The notes under the pieces were generated by a model that saw only the letters and a program-made list of their open reading frames with translations, had not been told where the DNA came from and searched no databases. From an uncultured Acidobacteriota bacterium (GTDB lineage Bacteria > Acidobacteriota > UBA6911): a stretch of 64,000 bases of DNA. Below are positions 28,748 through 39,453 of this stretch, piece after piece; the stretch's first letter is position 1, and every line of letters starts with the position of its first letter. Location: positions 32,001-96,000 of the forward strand of contig CAWEJX010000006.1 of assembly GCA_963809485.1 (NCBI GenBank), written 5' to 3'. A program made the position numbers and the translations under genes.

Positions 28748-29454
28748 GACACAGCTTCATAGACCGCTACGCTTCTCTGGAATCCCCTCTTCATGTTCTG
28801 GAAGCCCGTTCCAAGCTTCTCGCCTTTACCGCCATGATCGTGGGCGTTTTATGCATCCCGGCTGACCGGGGATCGCTGTTTTTCATCTATTTTTTTGCCG
28901 CTGCAATCCTGATGGGCGTCTCCCAGATCCCGTTGACATACATCGTAGGGCGGACTTTTCTGATCCTGCCGTTCATTGTGCTGGCCGGCCTGGCGGCTCC
29001 CTGGAAGGGGGGATATCTGGGTTTGGGCATCCTGTTTATCCGGGCTGTTCTGTGCCTGTTCCTGCTGGTTCTCCTGACAAACACCACGCGCTTTGTCGAG
29101 CTGCTGCGCGGGCTGCGGAGGCTGGGCTGCCCCCAAATCCTGGTTATGAACCTTGGTTTCCTCTATCGCTATCTTTTTGTTCTCACCGAAGAAGCGATGA
29201 GGATGAAACAGGCGCGCGACTGCCGCCGTGTCGGACGCGCCCGGTTCAGGGAAGAGCTGAAAATATTGAGTTCGATGATCGGAACTCTCCTGATACGCTC
29301 TTTCGAGCGGGCGGAACGCATGCATTCGGCCATGCTTTCCCGCGCCTATGCAGGCGATTTCCCTGTCGTCTCGCCGCGGAAATTTACGCTGCGGGATGCC
29401 GCATTCCTTGCGGGAGTTGCGCTCTTTATCATTTTATCGTTCTGGATACGATGA
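28744..29454 (+). CDS. cbiQ: ECF transporter T component
   Basis: YRYLFVL, RSFERAERMHSAMLSR. Confidence 0.88.
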   Translation: MRHSFIDRYASLESPLHVLEARSKLLAFTAMIVGVLCIPADRGSLFFIYFFAAAILMGVSQIPLTYIVGRTFLILPFIVLAGLAAPWKGGYLGLGILFIRAVLCLFLLVLLTNTTRFVELLRGLRRLGCPQILVMNLGFLYRYLFVLTEEAMRMKQARDCRRVGRARFREELKILSSMIGTLLIRSFERAERMHSAMLSRAYAGDFPVVSPRKFTLRDAAFLAGVALFIILSFWIR

Positions 29455-29508
29455 GACCTGGCGGACGACGAGTACGCCCGGATTTACTGTCCGCCGAGCA
29501 GGAATGAT

Positions 29509-30252
29509 ATGACCGACTATGCGGTTCGTATAACCCGGCTGAACTACACCTATCCTGATGGCACGAAGGCGCTGGAAGGGATCGATCTCGATGTGCGTCC
29601 GGGAGAACGGGTGGCAATTGTGGGCCCGAGCGGGGCCGGGAAATCCACGCTGCTCCTGCACCTGAACGGGATCCTGCCGGGCAGCGCGGCCGTGCGGATC
29701 AAGGGCCAAAGCATGGATTCTGCCGATTTAAGGCAAATCCGCAAACAGGTCGGATTGCTCTTTCAGGATCCCAACGACCAGCTTTTTTGTCCGACCGTAT
29801 TTGAGGATGTGGCCTTCGGCCCATTGAATCTTGGAGTGCCTGCAGCCGAAATTCCCCGCAGGGTGGAGAAGGCGCTGCTGGATTCCGGTCTGGACTACGC
29901 CATCCGGTCGCGTTCGTCGCATCATCTGAGCCTTGGTGAAAGAAGGCGGGTTTCTCTGGCAGCCGTCCTTGTGATGGAACCCGAAATCCTGGGAATGGAC
30001 GAACCGACGAGCAATCTCGACCCAAGGAATCGCCGTCATTTGATTGAAGTGGTCTCCGGACTCAAGGCAACCCTGATCATTGCCACGCACGATCTGGAAC
30101 TCGTGCTCGACGTGTGCCCGCGGACGGTTTTGATGGATCACGGCAAGATTTGGGCGGATGGCGAGACGCGGGCCATGCTCGCCGATGCCCGGCTGATGGA
30201 TCTCCACGGTCTGGAGGTGCCGTTGAGCCTGAAATCCGGGACCAGGACATAG
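29509..30252 (+). CDS. cbiO: ECF transporter ATPase
   Basis: GPSGAGKST, FQDPNDQLF, DVAFGP, DEPTSNLD. Confidence 0.9.
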   Translation: MTDYAVRITRLNYTYPDGTKALEGIDLDVRPGERVAIVGPSGAGKSTLLLHLNGILPGSAAVRIKGQSMDSADLRQIRKQVGLLFQDPNDQLFCPTVFEDVAFGPLNLGVPAAEIPRRVEKALLDSGLDYAIRSRSSHHLSLGERRRVSLAAVLVMEPEILGMDEPTSNLDPRNRRHLIEVVSGLKATLIIATHDLELVLDVCPRTVLMDHGKIWADGETRAMLADARLMDLHGLEVPLSLKSGTRT

Positions 30253-30396
30253 GATTTCAAACAGACGGAGGCTGCCGGCTGGGTTGAATCAAAGCCCGGC
30301 GGATGTATGAAGGCCGCAAGCCGCGGATCGTAAATCGGTTATCGGACGATTCCGGGGCGCGGGCTCAAAAGATTTTTTAAAGAAACTGGAGTTCCT

Positions 30397-31032
30397 ATGC
30401 CGTTGACGATTCCGGCCGGATCGGTGCAGCTTGAAGCACATCTGCGGGAGCCCCGGGAAACCCTCCGGGGGGCGGCCGTATTCTGCCACCCCCACCCGGT
30501 CTACGGCGGTACAATGGATAACCGGGTTGTCTACCGGGCGGCCAAATCTGCGGCTGCAGCCGGCTTTGCGGCTTTGCGCTTCAACTTCCGCGGCGCAGGC
30601 AACAGCACAGGTTCCTTTGACCAGGGAATCGGTGAAAAGGATGATGTCGCGGCGGCGTTGGATTGGCTGGAGGGAAGATACCCCGGACGCTTTATGGCGC
30701 TGGGGGGATACTCGTTCGGCGCCTGGGTAGGTCTTCAGATCGGGTGCGAGGACCGCCGCATTCGGGCGTTGCTGGGCCTCGGATTGCCCCTCAATCTTTA
30801 CAGCATGGACTTTCTCGCCGATTGTGCCAAGCCGGCGCTTCACATCGTTGGAACACGGGATGAATTCTGCTCCCCGGAAAACCTGGACCGATTGTCCCAA
30901 CGGCTGCCCGCGACTTCAAGGGTGCACCGCATAGCCGGGGCGGATCATTTTTTTAATGGGCATATAGAATTTGTCGAACGGCTTATGGCTGAATTTTTCG
31001 AGGAATTGCGGACCGATCAGGATACGGCATGA
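30397..31032 (+). CDS. Alpha/beta hydrolase
   Basis: CHPHPVYGGTMDN, RFNFRG, GYSFG, ADHFF. Confidence 0.88.
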   Translation: MPLTIPAGSVQLEAHLREPRETLRGAAVFCHPHPVYGGTMDNRVVYRAAKSAAAAGFAALRFNFRGAGNSTGSFDQGIGEKDDVAAALDWLEGRYPGRFMALGGYSFGAWVGLQIGCEDRRIRALLGLGLPLNLYSMDFLADCAKPALHIVGTRDEFCSPENLDRLSQRLPATSRVHRIAGADHFFNGHIEFVERLMAEFFEELRTDQDTA

Positions 31033-32048
31033 CAAAAGCTTTTTTGGCGGCAGCTCTCGTTTTCGTCCTTGCTCAGGTCCCGGAGACTTCATTTGCCGCA
31101 GCGCGCTTCGAAAGGGTGAGCGATCACTGCTACTGCTTTCAGTCGACCGAGGGCGGGGGAAATGTCGGGGCTGTGGTAACGGATGAAGGAGTTGTAATAA
31201 TTGATCCCCCGCCGGAGCCGGCTTTGTCCGCTGCGGCGGAAGCCCTGAAAAAACTGACCTCAAAAGCCGTACGGTGGGCAGTTTTTACCAGTCCCTCCCG
31301 CATCGGGGAGGAGAGTGCCCGTTATTACTCCGGCCAAGGGGCTGTTCTTGTGGCAAGCGCACAGCTGTACGGCCTGTACGCATCCAGGAATGGCGATTCG
31401 AAGGCTGCGGGCCCCGAAGCCCGCGGAGGAAACCCCGCCAAGCCGACGGACGCATCCTGGTACATTTTCGACCGTCAGATGCGCCTGTTTCCCGCAAATC
31501 TGGAAGTGCGCATAGTCGCATTGCAGCCGAAATCCCGGACCGGCGGGGATGTCTTTGTATTTGTTCCCGCGGAAAAAGTTCTGTTCGTGGGAGGGCTCTA
31601 CGAACCCGCGAGATACCCGGACATCGATGTGGCGCTGGGGGGGAATGCCGATGGCTGGATTGAGGGGCTGAGCCAGGTCGTCGATTCGGTGCCGTTGTTG
31701 AAAGCCGCAATCCCCGCAGCAAAAGCTTCACCTAAATCCTCGCCGAAACCGGCGGCAAAGCCTGAGAAAAAACCTGCCGCAAAACCCGAAGAAGCGGAGG
31801 ACGAAGAGGAGAAGACCCTCGAAGAGTCAGTTACCATCGTATCCGTTTCCGGCAACGCCTCAAATCTTCGGGAAATGAAGGACATGCTGCAAACATCGCG
31901 GAAGCTTCGGAATGATATTTCGAGGTCTGCCAGGACAGGAGGCAGCTGTGAGAATTTCCTCGCTTCCTCCCGGTCGGGAGCGTACCGGAATTTTGCGAAT
32001 CTTGATTCCTATGCCTGCCGCCTCTTCGAGGCCCTTCGGCGGAAGTAA
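31029..32048 (+). CDS. Exported metallo-beta-lactamase-fold protein lacking the metal-binding motif
   Basis: Signal peptide; GGNVGAVVTDEGVVIID, TGGDVFVFVPAEKVLFVGGL; no HxHxDH. Confidence 0.65.
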   Translation: MTKAFLAAALVFVLAQVPETSFAAARFERVSDHCYCFQSTEGGGNVGAVVTDEGVVIIDPPPEPALSAAAEALKKLTSKAVRWAVFTSPSRIGEESARYYSGQGAVLVASAQLYGLYASRNGDSKAAGPEARGGNPAKPTDASWYIFDRQMRLFPANLEVRIVALQPKSRTGGDVFVFVPAEKVLFVGGLYEPARYPDIDVALGGNADGWIEGLSQVVDSVPLLKAAIPAAKASPKSSPKPAAKPEKKPAAKPEEAEDEEEKTLEESVTIVSVSGNASNLREMKDMLQTSRKLRNDISRSARTGGSCENFLASSRSGAYRNFANLDSYACRLFEALRRK

Positions 32049-32135
32049 ACTGCGACAATCAGCGAAGAAGGTCATCCCGCGAATCAACAGGGCAAAACTA
32101 TCGGGGCTGTTTTTCCTTCGCGGCGCATTTCATCG

Positions 32136-32888
32136 TCACGGTTCCAAATGCGCGACGACAGGGGCGTGGTCGCTTGTGCCAAACTGGGCGAGTACGGTGC
32201 ATCGCGTAATGCGGGTTGCGGCAGGCTGGCTCGCCAGTACATAATCGAGCCGCCAGCCTATGTTCTTCTGCCGCATGCTCCGCCAGGGCGGCCACCAAGT
32301 GAAAAGCTGATCGTTGTCGGGATCCAGGGCCCGCCCGACATCGACCATTCCTCCACCGGCGAGCACACGCTCAAAAAGCTCCCGCTCGTCGGGCCGCTGA
32401 CCGATGGCATCGGGCTTGCGTTCCTTGGGATGAACATCTTGGTCGGTCCGGGTGACGTTCATGTCCCCGCAGAGAATTAGATTCCATCCGCGGGCCTGGC
32501 AGTCTGCGGCATAGCTTTCCATGGCCTGGAGAAAACGAAGCTTGGCTGCAAAGTCCTTTCCTCCGTTCGGCACATAGACGGACCCGATGACGAGGTTTTC
32601 GATGCGGGCAGTCACGATCCGTGTCTCGAAGTCGAATTCGGGATGCTCGAACCGGGGCTCATCGGAAGACACGCCGCGGCGGATATGCAGGCCGACGCCG
32701 GAATAGGCGCGCTCTCCGTGCCAGCAGCACCAATAGCCGGCCAGGTTGCGGAGCAGCTCGGGAACCTGCTCGCGCGCAGCCTTGATTTCCTGAAGACAGA
32801 CGATATCCGGCCGGTCGCGCTCGATCCACTCCAGGACCTGCTGCTGACGTGCGCGAATTCCATTCACGTTCCAGGTCGCGATTTCCAC
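32136..32888 (-). CDS. xth: Exodeoxyribonuclease III
   Basis: ATWNVNGIRAR, CLQEIK, YVPNG, GDMN, GWRLDY, SDHAPV. Confidence 0.93.
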   Translation of the reverse strand: MEIATWNVNGIRARQQQVLEWIERDRPDIVCLQEIKAAREQVPELLRNLAGYWCCWHGERAYSGVGLHIRRGVSSDEPRFEHPEFDFETRIVTARIENLVIGSVYVPNGGKDFAAKLRFLQAMESYAADCQARGWNLILCGDMNVTRTDQDVHPKERKPDAIGQRPDERELFERVLAGGGMVDVGRALDPDNDQLFTWWPPWRSMRQKNIGWRLDYVLASQPAATRITRCTVLAQFGTSDHAPVVAHLEP

Positions 32889-32897
32889 GTGTGCACC

Positions 32898-34037
32898 TCA
32901 GGGATGGGGGAGGTAAATTCTGGGGACTCGCGCGGCGATTCCACAAAGGATTTCGTAGGGAATGGTATCCAGAGCTGCCGCCCAATCCTGGGCCGTGCAG
33001 CGGCACAAGCCGCTCGATCCCAGCAGAATCACCTCGTCCCCTTCCCGGACGTCCGGGAGGTCTGTAAGGTCCACCGCTATCATGTCCATGGAGACTGCGC
33101 CGATAACCTCGGCGCATCGGTCACGAACAATTATGCGGGTTCGGCCACTCAGGCGTCGATGGAAACCATCCGCGTAGCCTACCGGCAAAATGCCGATCCT
33201 CGTTTCCCTGGATGCGATGAATCTTCTGCCATATCCCAGGGATTCTCCCGCTGCAATCGAGCGAATAGGGCCGATCGTGGTTTTGAGAGTCAATATGGGG
33301 CGCAGTTTAACGGGAGAGCGGTGCGAGTCCGGGGAATATCCGTAGAGCGCGATTCCGGACCGCGCGCTCCACTGCCGGAAGCACTCGTGATACAGAATGC
33401 CTGCGCTGTTTGCGAAATGAATGGTTCCCGGATTCAGGCCGGCGTCCCGGACCGCGGAGAGGGCGCCTTCGAACCGGCGCTTCTGCTCCATTGTGTAGGA
33501 CGGATCGGTCTCATCCGCGCTGGACAGGTGGGAAAAAACACCTTCGAGGCGGATGCGGCCCGAGCGCTGCACGGCGGTCAGCAATGGATCCAATGCATTC
33601 CAGCGGGCTCCCAGACGGGCCATTCCTGTGTCCACTTTGAGATGGATGGGAATGGAAACGGACATCTCCCCGGCTATGGATTCGAGGCCGCGCACGCTTT
33701 CAGGGGTATCGACAGATAGGGTGAGATGATTCCGCACGGCCGATCTTTCCAATCCCGGCCAGGCTGTTCCGAGCACCAGGATCTCCTGGGAAATTCCGGC
33801 CCGGCGCAAAGCAACGCCCTCGTCGACGATGCCCACCGCAAACGACGTGGCTCCTGCCGACGCCAGCGCCCGTGCGACAGGAATCATCCCGTGCCCGTAG
33901 GCGTCTGCCTTGACGACCGGAAAAATTCTCGGGTTGCCGCCGCCGGAAGGCGATAAAAGAGAAGAGAGCGCCTTGAAATTTTCCGCCAGGGCATTCAGAT
34001 CAACCTCCGCCCATGTCGGCCTTCCCGCCGGTCTCAT
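32898..34037 (-). CDS. alr: Alanine racemase
   Basis: VVKADAYGHG, HLKVDTGMARLG, GYADG, SMD, TIPYE; start codon uncertain. Confidence 0.93.
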   Translation of the reverse strand: MRPAGRPTWAEVDLNALAENFKALSSLLSPSGGGNPRIFPVVKADAYGHGMIPVARALASAGATSFAVGIVDEGVALRRAGISQEILVLGTAWPGLERSAVRNHLTLSVDTPESVRGLESIAGEMSVSIPIHLKVDTGMARLGARWNALDPLLTAVQRSGRIRLEGVFSHLSSADETDPSYTMEQKRRFEGALSAVRDAGLNPGTIHFANSAGILYHECFRQWSARSGIALYGYSPDSHRSPVKLRPILTLKTTIGPIRSIAAGESLGYGRRFIASRETRIGILPVGYADGFHRRLSGRTRIIVRDRCAEVIGAVSMDMIAVDLTDLPDVREGDEVILLGSSGLCRCTAQDWAAALDTIPYEILCGIAARVPRIYLPHP

Positions 34038-34141
34038 CCCGCAGTTGCCGCCAACCCTTTCGCAGTCCATCGTCTTCCTGACCGCATCTTTCACGTTCGT
34101 TAAGTTCCTAACCGCCAGCCTGAATCTAATCTAATGGGAGA

Positions 34142-34228
34142 TCCACCGGCTCTGCCGGAGGATACTTACTCGAGATCCTTTGTTCCCCGACTAACCACTA
34201 ACCGCTAACCGCTAACCGCTAATAACTA
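34142..34228. repeat. Isolated IS200-like right-end hairpin plus a (CTAACCG)n heptamer array at the dnaB stop
   Basis: CCACCGGC-TCT-GCCGGAGG at about 34144-34161; CTAACCA CTAACCG x3 at 34191-34218. Confidence 0.6.
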
Positions 34229-35572
34229 AGTTCCTTCCTGGTACAGGCTGTCGAATTTCGTAAACTGTTTGCTGAAGGCGAGCTGTATGGATCCCGTGGG
34301 CCCGTTTCTTTGTTTTCCTATGATCAATTCCGCAAGCCCGTTGTTTTCCTCCGTGGGATTGAACATATCCTCGCGGTAGATGAACAACACCACATCGGCA
34401 TCCTGTTCGATGGAACCGGACTCCCGGAGATCCGAAAGCTGCGGCCGGCGGTGCTCGCCGGTTCTGGATTCGACGGCGCGGCTGAGCTGAGAGACCGCGA
34501 TGACGGGAATACCGAGGTCTTTAGCTATTGCCTTCAAGCCCCTGGAAATCTGGGAAATCTCCTGGGTGCGGTTTTCGTAGCGCTGATTGGAGCCCGACAT
34601 GAGCTGCAGGTAATCGACAATTAAAAGGTCCAGTCCGTGTTCCAGACTCAGGCGCCGGGCTTTGGTGCGCAGTTCGGAGACAGTAACGCTGGCGGTATCG
34701 TCGATAAAAATTTTGGTGTCGGACAGGTCGCCGGAAGCGCGGCTCAGCTTGTTCCAGTCTTCCTTGTTCAGGAAGCCCGTGTTGACCCGGTGGGCGTCAA
34801 TTCTGGCCTCGCTGCACAAAAGCCGCTTGACCAGCTGTTCCTTGCTCATCTCCAGGCTGAAGATCCCGACAGTCTTGTGCTTTCTGATGGCGACATGTTC
34901 GGCGATGTTGAGGCAGAGACTGGTTTTTCCCAAGCCGGGGCGCGCGGCAACGATGATAAGGTCCGACGGCTGCATTCCGGCCGTCATCCGGTCCAGGTCG
35001 GCAAATCCGGTTTCCAGGCCGGTGACGGGGGCTTTGCGATTGGACAACTCCTCGATCTTCTTGAAGACGTCGCTGACGATGGGCGTGATGGATGAAAAAC
35101 CCGTGTGGAACTGCTGGCTGGCTATGTCGAAGATTGTCTTTTCGATGTGCTGGAGGATGTCTTCGGCGGGCTCCTCGTCCTGGTAGCTGCGGGCCATGAT
35201 CTCGCCGGAGATCTGGATCAGGCGGCGCAAGGTAGATTTGGATCTGACAATCTGTGCGTAGTACTCGATATTGAGCACCCGGGGCAGGTAGTCCGTAAGG
35301 CTTGCCAGGTAAGCGGCTCCGCCGATGCTTTCGAGCTCGTTCGCGCGCTGGAGCTCCTCCTTGAGAGTGACCAGGTCGATCGGCCGGGAATTGTTCATGA
35401 GCTGGAGCATTCGATCGAAGATTCTCCGATGACTCTCCAGGTAAAAGTCCTGCGACTTGAGGATTTCAAAAACGGGAAGCGCGGCCTTATCGTCCAGGAG
35501 GATGGCCCCCAGGATAGAGCGCTCCGCTTCCAGGTTGTGGGGAAGCGTTTTTTCCAGGCTGATATCGGCCAT
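34226..35572 (-). CDS. dnaB: Replicative DNA helicase
   Basis: PHNLEAE, AARPGLGKT, FSLEM, DYLQL, SQLSR, DLRESGSIEQDAD, KQRNGP. Confidence 0.97.
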   Translation of the reverse strand: MADISLEKTLPHNLEAERSILGAILLDDKAALPVFEILKSQDFYLESHRRIFDRMLQLMNNSRPIDLVTLKEELQRANELESIGGAAYLASLTDYLPRVLNIEYYAQIVRSKSTLRRLIQISGEIMARSYQDEEPAEDILQHIEKTIFDIASQQFHTGFSSITPIVSDVFKKIEELSNRKAPVTGLETGFADLDRMTAGMQPSDLIIVAARPGLGKTSLCLNIAEHVAIRKHKTVGIFSLEMSKEQLVKRLLCSEARIDAHRVNTGFLNKEDWNKLSRASGDLSDTKIFIDDTASVTVSELRTKARRLSLEHGLDLLIVDYLQLMSGSNQRYENRTQEISQISRGLKAIAKDLGIPVIAVSQLSRAVESRTGEHRRPQLSDLRESGSIEQDADVVLFIYREDMFNPTEENNGLAELIIGKQRNGPTGSIQLAFSKQFTKFDSLYQEGT

Positions 35573-35851
35573 TTCGAATGACGAATTTCGAATGTCGAGT
35601 TACGAATTAAATCATAAACGCAGCGACGGGCGGCGTATTGCCAAGGCGTCACCCGCAGGTCGTTGATATCGGAAATGGAAACAACAAAACCATTCGGCTA
35701 AGAGGCGCTGCCGTGACGGGGCATCCGGCCTACGGAGAGCCATGGAGCGCTTTATTAACGAATATTAGACCTTTCGAATAACGAATTGCCAATTAAGGGT
35801 AGCAAACAAAAAATCGCGTTCTTTGTAGTTCGTCATTCGTCATTCGTAATT
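35573..35851. repeat. Inverted heptamer arrays bracketing the rplI-dnaB spacer
   Basis: TTCGAATGACGAATTTCGAATGTCGAGTTACGAATT (35573-35608) and GTTCGTCATTCGTCATTCGTAATT (35828-35851). Confidence 0.65.
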
Positions 35852-36309
35852 TAAGCGGTGGCTTCCGGTTCCGGTTCCACGATGACCTTGATGGGCACTG
35901 TGACTTCGCGGTGCAACCGGATCGGCACCTGGTATTCTCCGAGCGTCTTTATCGGTTCTTCCAGCTGTATCTTGCGCTTGTCGATATCGATCTTGTGGCC
36001 GACCAGGAAATCCGCGATGTCCAGCGCAGTCACCGATCCGTAAAGCGAACCCTCTTCTCCGGATTTCCTCTGGATTGTCACCGTAAGCTTAACGATATCC
36101 CGGGCCAGCAGAGTGGCGGACTCCTTCTCCCGATGATCGCGGCGCGCCTGGGAGATCTTTTCCATCTCGGCTACCTTCATGTTGCCCGGAGTGGCCTCAA
36201 TCGCGAGATTTCTGGGGATCAGATAGTTGCGCCCGTAGCCGGGGGCTACTTTCACGACATCGCCGGTTTTACCCAGTTTCTCTACGTCCTGCTTTAAAAT
36301 GACCTTCAT
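35851..36309 (-). CDS. rplI: 50S ribosomal protein L9
   Basis: MKVILKQDVEKLG...GYGRNYLIP, LYGSVT. Confidence 0.97.
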   Translation of the reverse strand: MKVILKQDVEKLGKTGDVVKVAPGYGRNYLIPRNLAIEATPGNMKVAEMEKISQARRDHREKESATLLARDIVKLTVTIQRKSGEEGSLYGSVTALDIADFLVGHKIDIDKRKIQLEEPIKTLGEYQVPIRLHREVTVPIKVIVEPEPEATA

Positions 36310-36333
36310 GTCTTACCCTCTGGGAAAAAAGTC

Positions 36334-36567
36334 TCAATCCGCTACGAATGGGAGAATCGCCATGTGTCTCGCACGCTTGATGGCTTCCGCGAGCAACCGC
36401 TGATGCGTCGAGCAGACGCCGCTGATTCTCCGGGGCAGTATCTTCCCTCTTTCTGGAATAAAATGGCCGAGGAGTTTCCCGTCTTTAAAGTCGATATAAG
36501 TAATTTTTTCCGCGCAAAACTTGCATACTCTCTTGCGCCGCACACTGAATCGTCTTGGACCTGGCAT
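36334..36567 (-). CDS. rpsR: 30S ribosomal protein S18
   Basis: [20 protein letters not shown]. Confidence 0.96.
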   Translation of the reverse strand: MPGPRRFSVRRKRVCKFCAEKITYIDFKDGKLLGHFIPERGKILPRRISGVCSTHQRLLAEAIKRARHMAILPFVAD

Positions 36568-36627
36568 AGTTCTTAGCCTTTCTACTGTGGGGGGCCGGGT
36601 TTTCGAATGCGGTCCCCGATGAAGACC

Positions 36628-37026
36628 CTACAGATCGGATAGCGACGCCTCTTGCGCGTCGATACCCTGCGAGATACCCGGCGCCTGCTTCGGCGCCTTT
36701 CTTTGTCTTGCCGTTTTGATCTTTTCGGAGCGCTTGAGATCCTCGTCGATTCGCACCGAAATAAAACGGATGATGTAATCGGTCACACGGAAGCGGCGCT
36801 CCAGTTCCGCAATGGCGCCGCCATCCCCCTCAATGGAAAGCACCACGTAATAGCCCTCCCGGAATCTCTTGATCTTGTAGGCCAGGGATTTCTTTCCCCA
36901 GTTGTCGACTTTGACCACCTTGCCGTTCTTGCTCTCAACCACGGTCTTGACGTGATTGATAAAGCCGTCCAGCTCATCGCTGGTTAGAGTGGGAGCGGCA
37001 ACAAAGACCACTTCGTAATTTCTCAC
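36628..37026 (-). CDS. rpsF: 30S ribosomal protein S6
   Basis: MRNYE, WGKKSLAYKI, EGYY. Confidence 0.96.
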   Translation of the reverse strand: MRNYEVVFVAAPTLTSDELDGFINHVKTVVESKNGKVVKVDNWGKKSLAYKIKRFREGYYVVLSIEGDGGAIAELERRFRVTDYIIRFISVRIDEDLKRSEKIKTARQRKAPKQAPGISQGIDAQEASLSDL

Positions 37027-37044
37027 GGCCTTCTCCTTACAGCT

Positions 37045-37622
37045 TCATGCGTTAAAAATCGCCATTGTTTTGGAAACACCGTCGCACAGTATCGATTTCA
37101 CGGCATTCCCCGGCTCTGAATAATCATTTCGTTAACCCCGGTTCGTTTTTCCGGCGGAAAATCCGACAGAACGAAGTCCGCCTTGTCTTCGGGCATCTGT
37201 TCCTCGCCGATTCCGACCCGCACGCGCAGGATCTCCTCGGTCCCCAGCATCGTGAGGATCGATTCGAGGCCATGATGCCCGCCGGCGGATCCCTCGTTCC
37301 CTGATCGCGTATGCGGCCGAACGGGAGATTCAAGTCGTCGACCACCAGCAGCAAGATCCTCGCGGCCCCTTCCTGAGGGTGGAAAGCAGCGCCTGGACAG
37401 CCTTTGCCGCTTGCGTTCATAAAGGTCAGACGGTTCACCAGCAGCACCGGATGCCCGGCAATTTGCGCCCGGCAGGTGCGTGGAAACGAATCCGTCGACC
37501 AGATCCCCGATTCCTCCCGGGCGAGGGCGTCCAAAACCATGAATCCGACATTATGCCGGTTCCCGCGAATACCTTTCGCCGGGATTGCCCAGTCCGACGA
37601 TAACCTTGGACAGTGTCTCCAT
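37045..37622 (-). CDS. pth: Peptidyl-tRNA hydrolase, several apparent frameshifts
   Basis: VIVGLGNPG, RHNVGF, TFMNASG, VVDDLNLPFG and SAGGHHGL are spread over different frames. Confidence 0.85.
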
Positions 37623-37685
37623 GAGTGCTGAAGCGCCCGCATCCCACTCCGCCTGAACGTTGCGATGGGTTCAGCCGGACAGCCT

Positions 37686-38373
37686 TTACTGCTTGGACTC
37701 AGGCTTGGGGGCTTTGGATTTCGGCTCCTCCTCCGCGCCTTCCTCCGCAACCTTGCCCTTCTTGATTACCTCCGGTTCCGCCGCCTCGCGGCGCAGCCTC
37801 GACCGGGACCTCTTCCTTGATCGGAGGAACGATGGTCACGATCACGACTTCCGGGATCGGTGAGAATCTTGACCTTTGCGTCGGTCTGAATGTTCTTGAC
37901 CCGGATATAGTCGTTGATCTTCAGGTGGCTGACATCCACTTGATCGATTCGGGAATGTCCGAAGGCAGGCACTCGACCTGGATCGAGCGGGTGACGATAT
38001 CCATGATGCCGCCGTCGAGCTTTACGCCTTCGGCTTCGCCGACGATCTCGACGTTGACGGTCAATTCAAGCAGGCGGTCCATTGCGATTTCGAGAAAATC
38101 CGCATGGATCAGCTTCCCCTGGACGGGATCCAACTGATAGTCCTTGACCATGGCGTTGCTTTGCTCAGAACCGTCCACACTTACGCCGAAGATGGTATTG
38201 CGCCCGGTTTCCGAGTGGAGGATGGACTGCACCTTGCCCGGATCCACCGAAACCACAATCGACTGCTTGCCCGGGCCATAGATAACGGCCGGAATTCTTC
38301 CCGCTTTCCGGAGCCGCCTGTTGGCATTTTTGCCGCCCGGGGTCCGTACCTGAGCTTCGATTACTGTTGGCAT
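37686..38373 (-). CDS. rplY: 50S ribosomal protein L25/Ctc, apparent frameshifts
   Basis: RRLRKAGRIPAVIYG, HADF, CLPSDIPE, then DVSHLKIND and EPEVIKKGK in other frames. Confidence 0.9.
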
Positions 38374-38461
38374 GAAACCCAACTCCTTCCTAATAATCTC
38401 AGAATTTTGCAGCCTGCCGGTTTATTGCCCCGCCAGGGCTCCAATGCTCGAAGACTCGACT

Positions 38462-39402
38462 TTAAACAAAAAGATTACTGACGCTCGTTTCCTCATGAAT
38501 GCTCTGAATGGCGGTGCCCAAGAGGCCGGCAACACTCAGGATGGTCATATTGGGCAGATTTCCTGGAATCGTCCACCGGAACTGTGTTGGTAAGAATGAT
38601 CTGCTCGATCGGGGTTTTGCGCAACCTCTCGATCGCCGGCCCGCTCAGGATTCCGTGGGTCGCGCAGGCGATGATTCGCCCCGCCTTTTTCTTCCGGAGT
38701 GCGAGGACCGTATTGACGAGTGTGCCCGCCGTGTCGATCATGTCGTCGCAGATGACTATGTTCCTCCCGCTCACATGGCCGATGATGTGAAGCAGTTCAG
38801 CCTCGTTGGGCCCGGTGCGGCGTTTGTCGACGATGGCAAGATCCGCGTTGAGCCTCTTGGCGAATGCCCGGGCCCGTTCCACTCCTCCTGCGTCGGGCGA
38901 GACGATCGTGAGGTCCGGGATATTCAGTTTTTTCATATGCTCGATTAACACAGGCGCCGCGAACAGATGATCGACCGGGATGTCGAAAAATCCCTGGATC
39001 TGTCCCGCATGCAGGTCCATCGACAGGATCCGGTCCGTTCCGGCGGCCGTGAGCAGATCCGCCACCAGCTTGGACGAAATCGGCACGCGGGGCTTGTCTT
39101 TTCGATCCTGCCTCCCATACCCGTAATAAGGCATCACGGCCGTAATCCGGGTGGCGGAGGAGCGCTTGAACGCATCGATCATGACCAGCAGCTCGATCAG
39201 GTTGTCGTTCACCGGAGAAGCAGGTGGGCTGGATCAAAAAGACATCCTTGCCGCGGACGTTTTCCAGGATCTGGCAGTAAAGTTCACCGTCGCTGAACCG
39301 TGTCAGGTTTATCTTTCCCAGCGGAATTTTAAGATGATCGCAGATCTCCTGCGCCAGGGCCAAGTTGGCATTTCCCGAAAAAACCTTCAGTTCTCTGTTC
39401 AC
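38462..39402 (-). CDS. prs: Ribose-phosphate pyrophosphokinase, apparent frameshifts near 39215 and 38560
   Basis: FSGNAN, FSDGE, PYYGYGRQDRK, DLHAGQIQGFF, SPDAGG, DDMIDTAGT. Confidence 0.93.
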
Positions 39403-39453
39403 TCGCTTGTATCCAGTGTTAATCATGAGCTCGCTCCTGGAGGCGCTGCGAGA

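Noticed and set aside
36334-37026. Absence of ssb/priB between rpsF and rpsR
   Set aside because: Common lineage-level variation of this operon.
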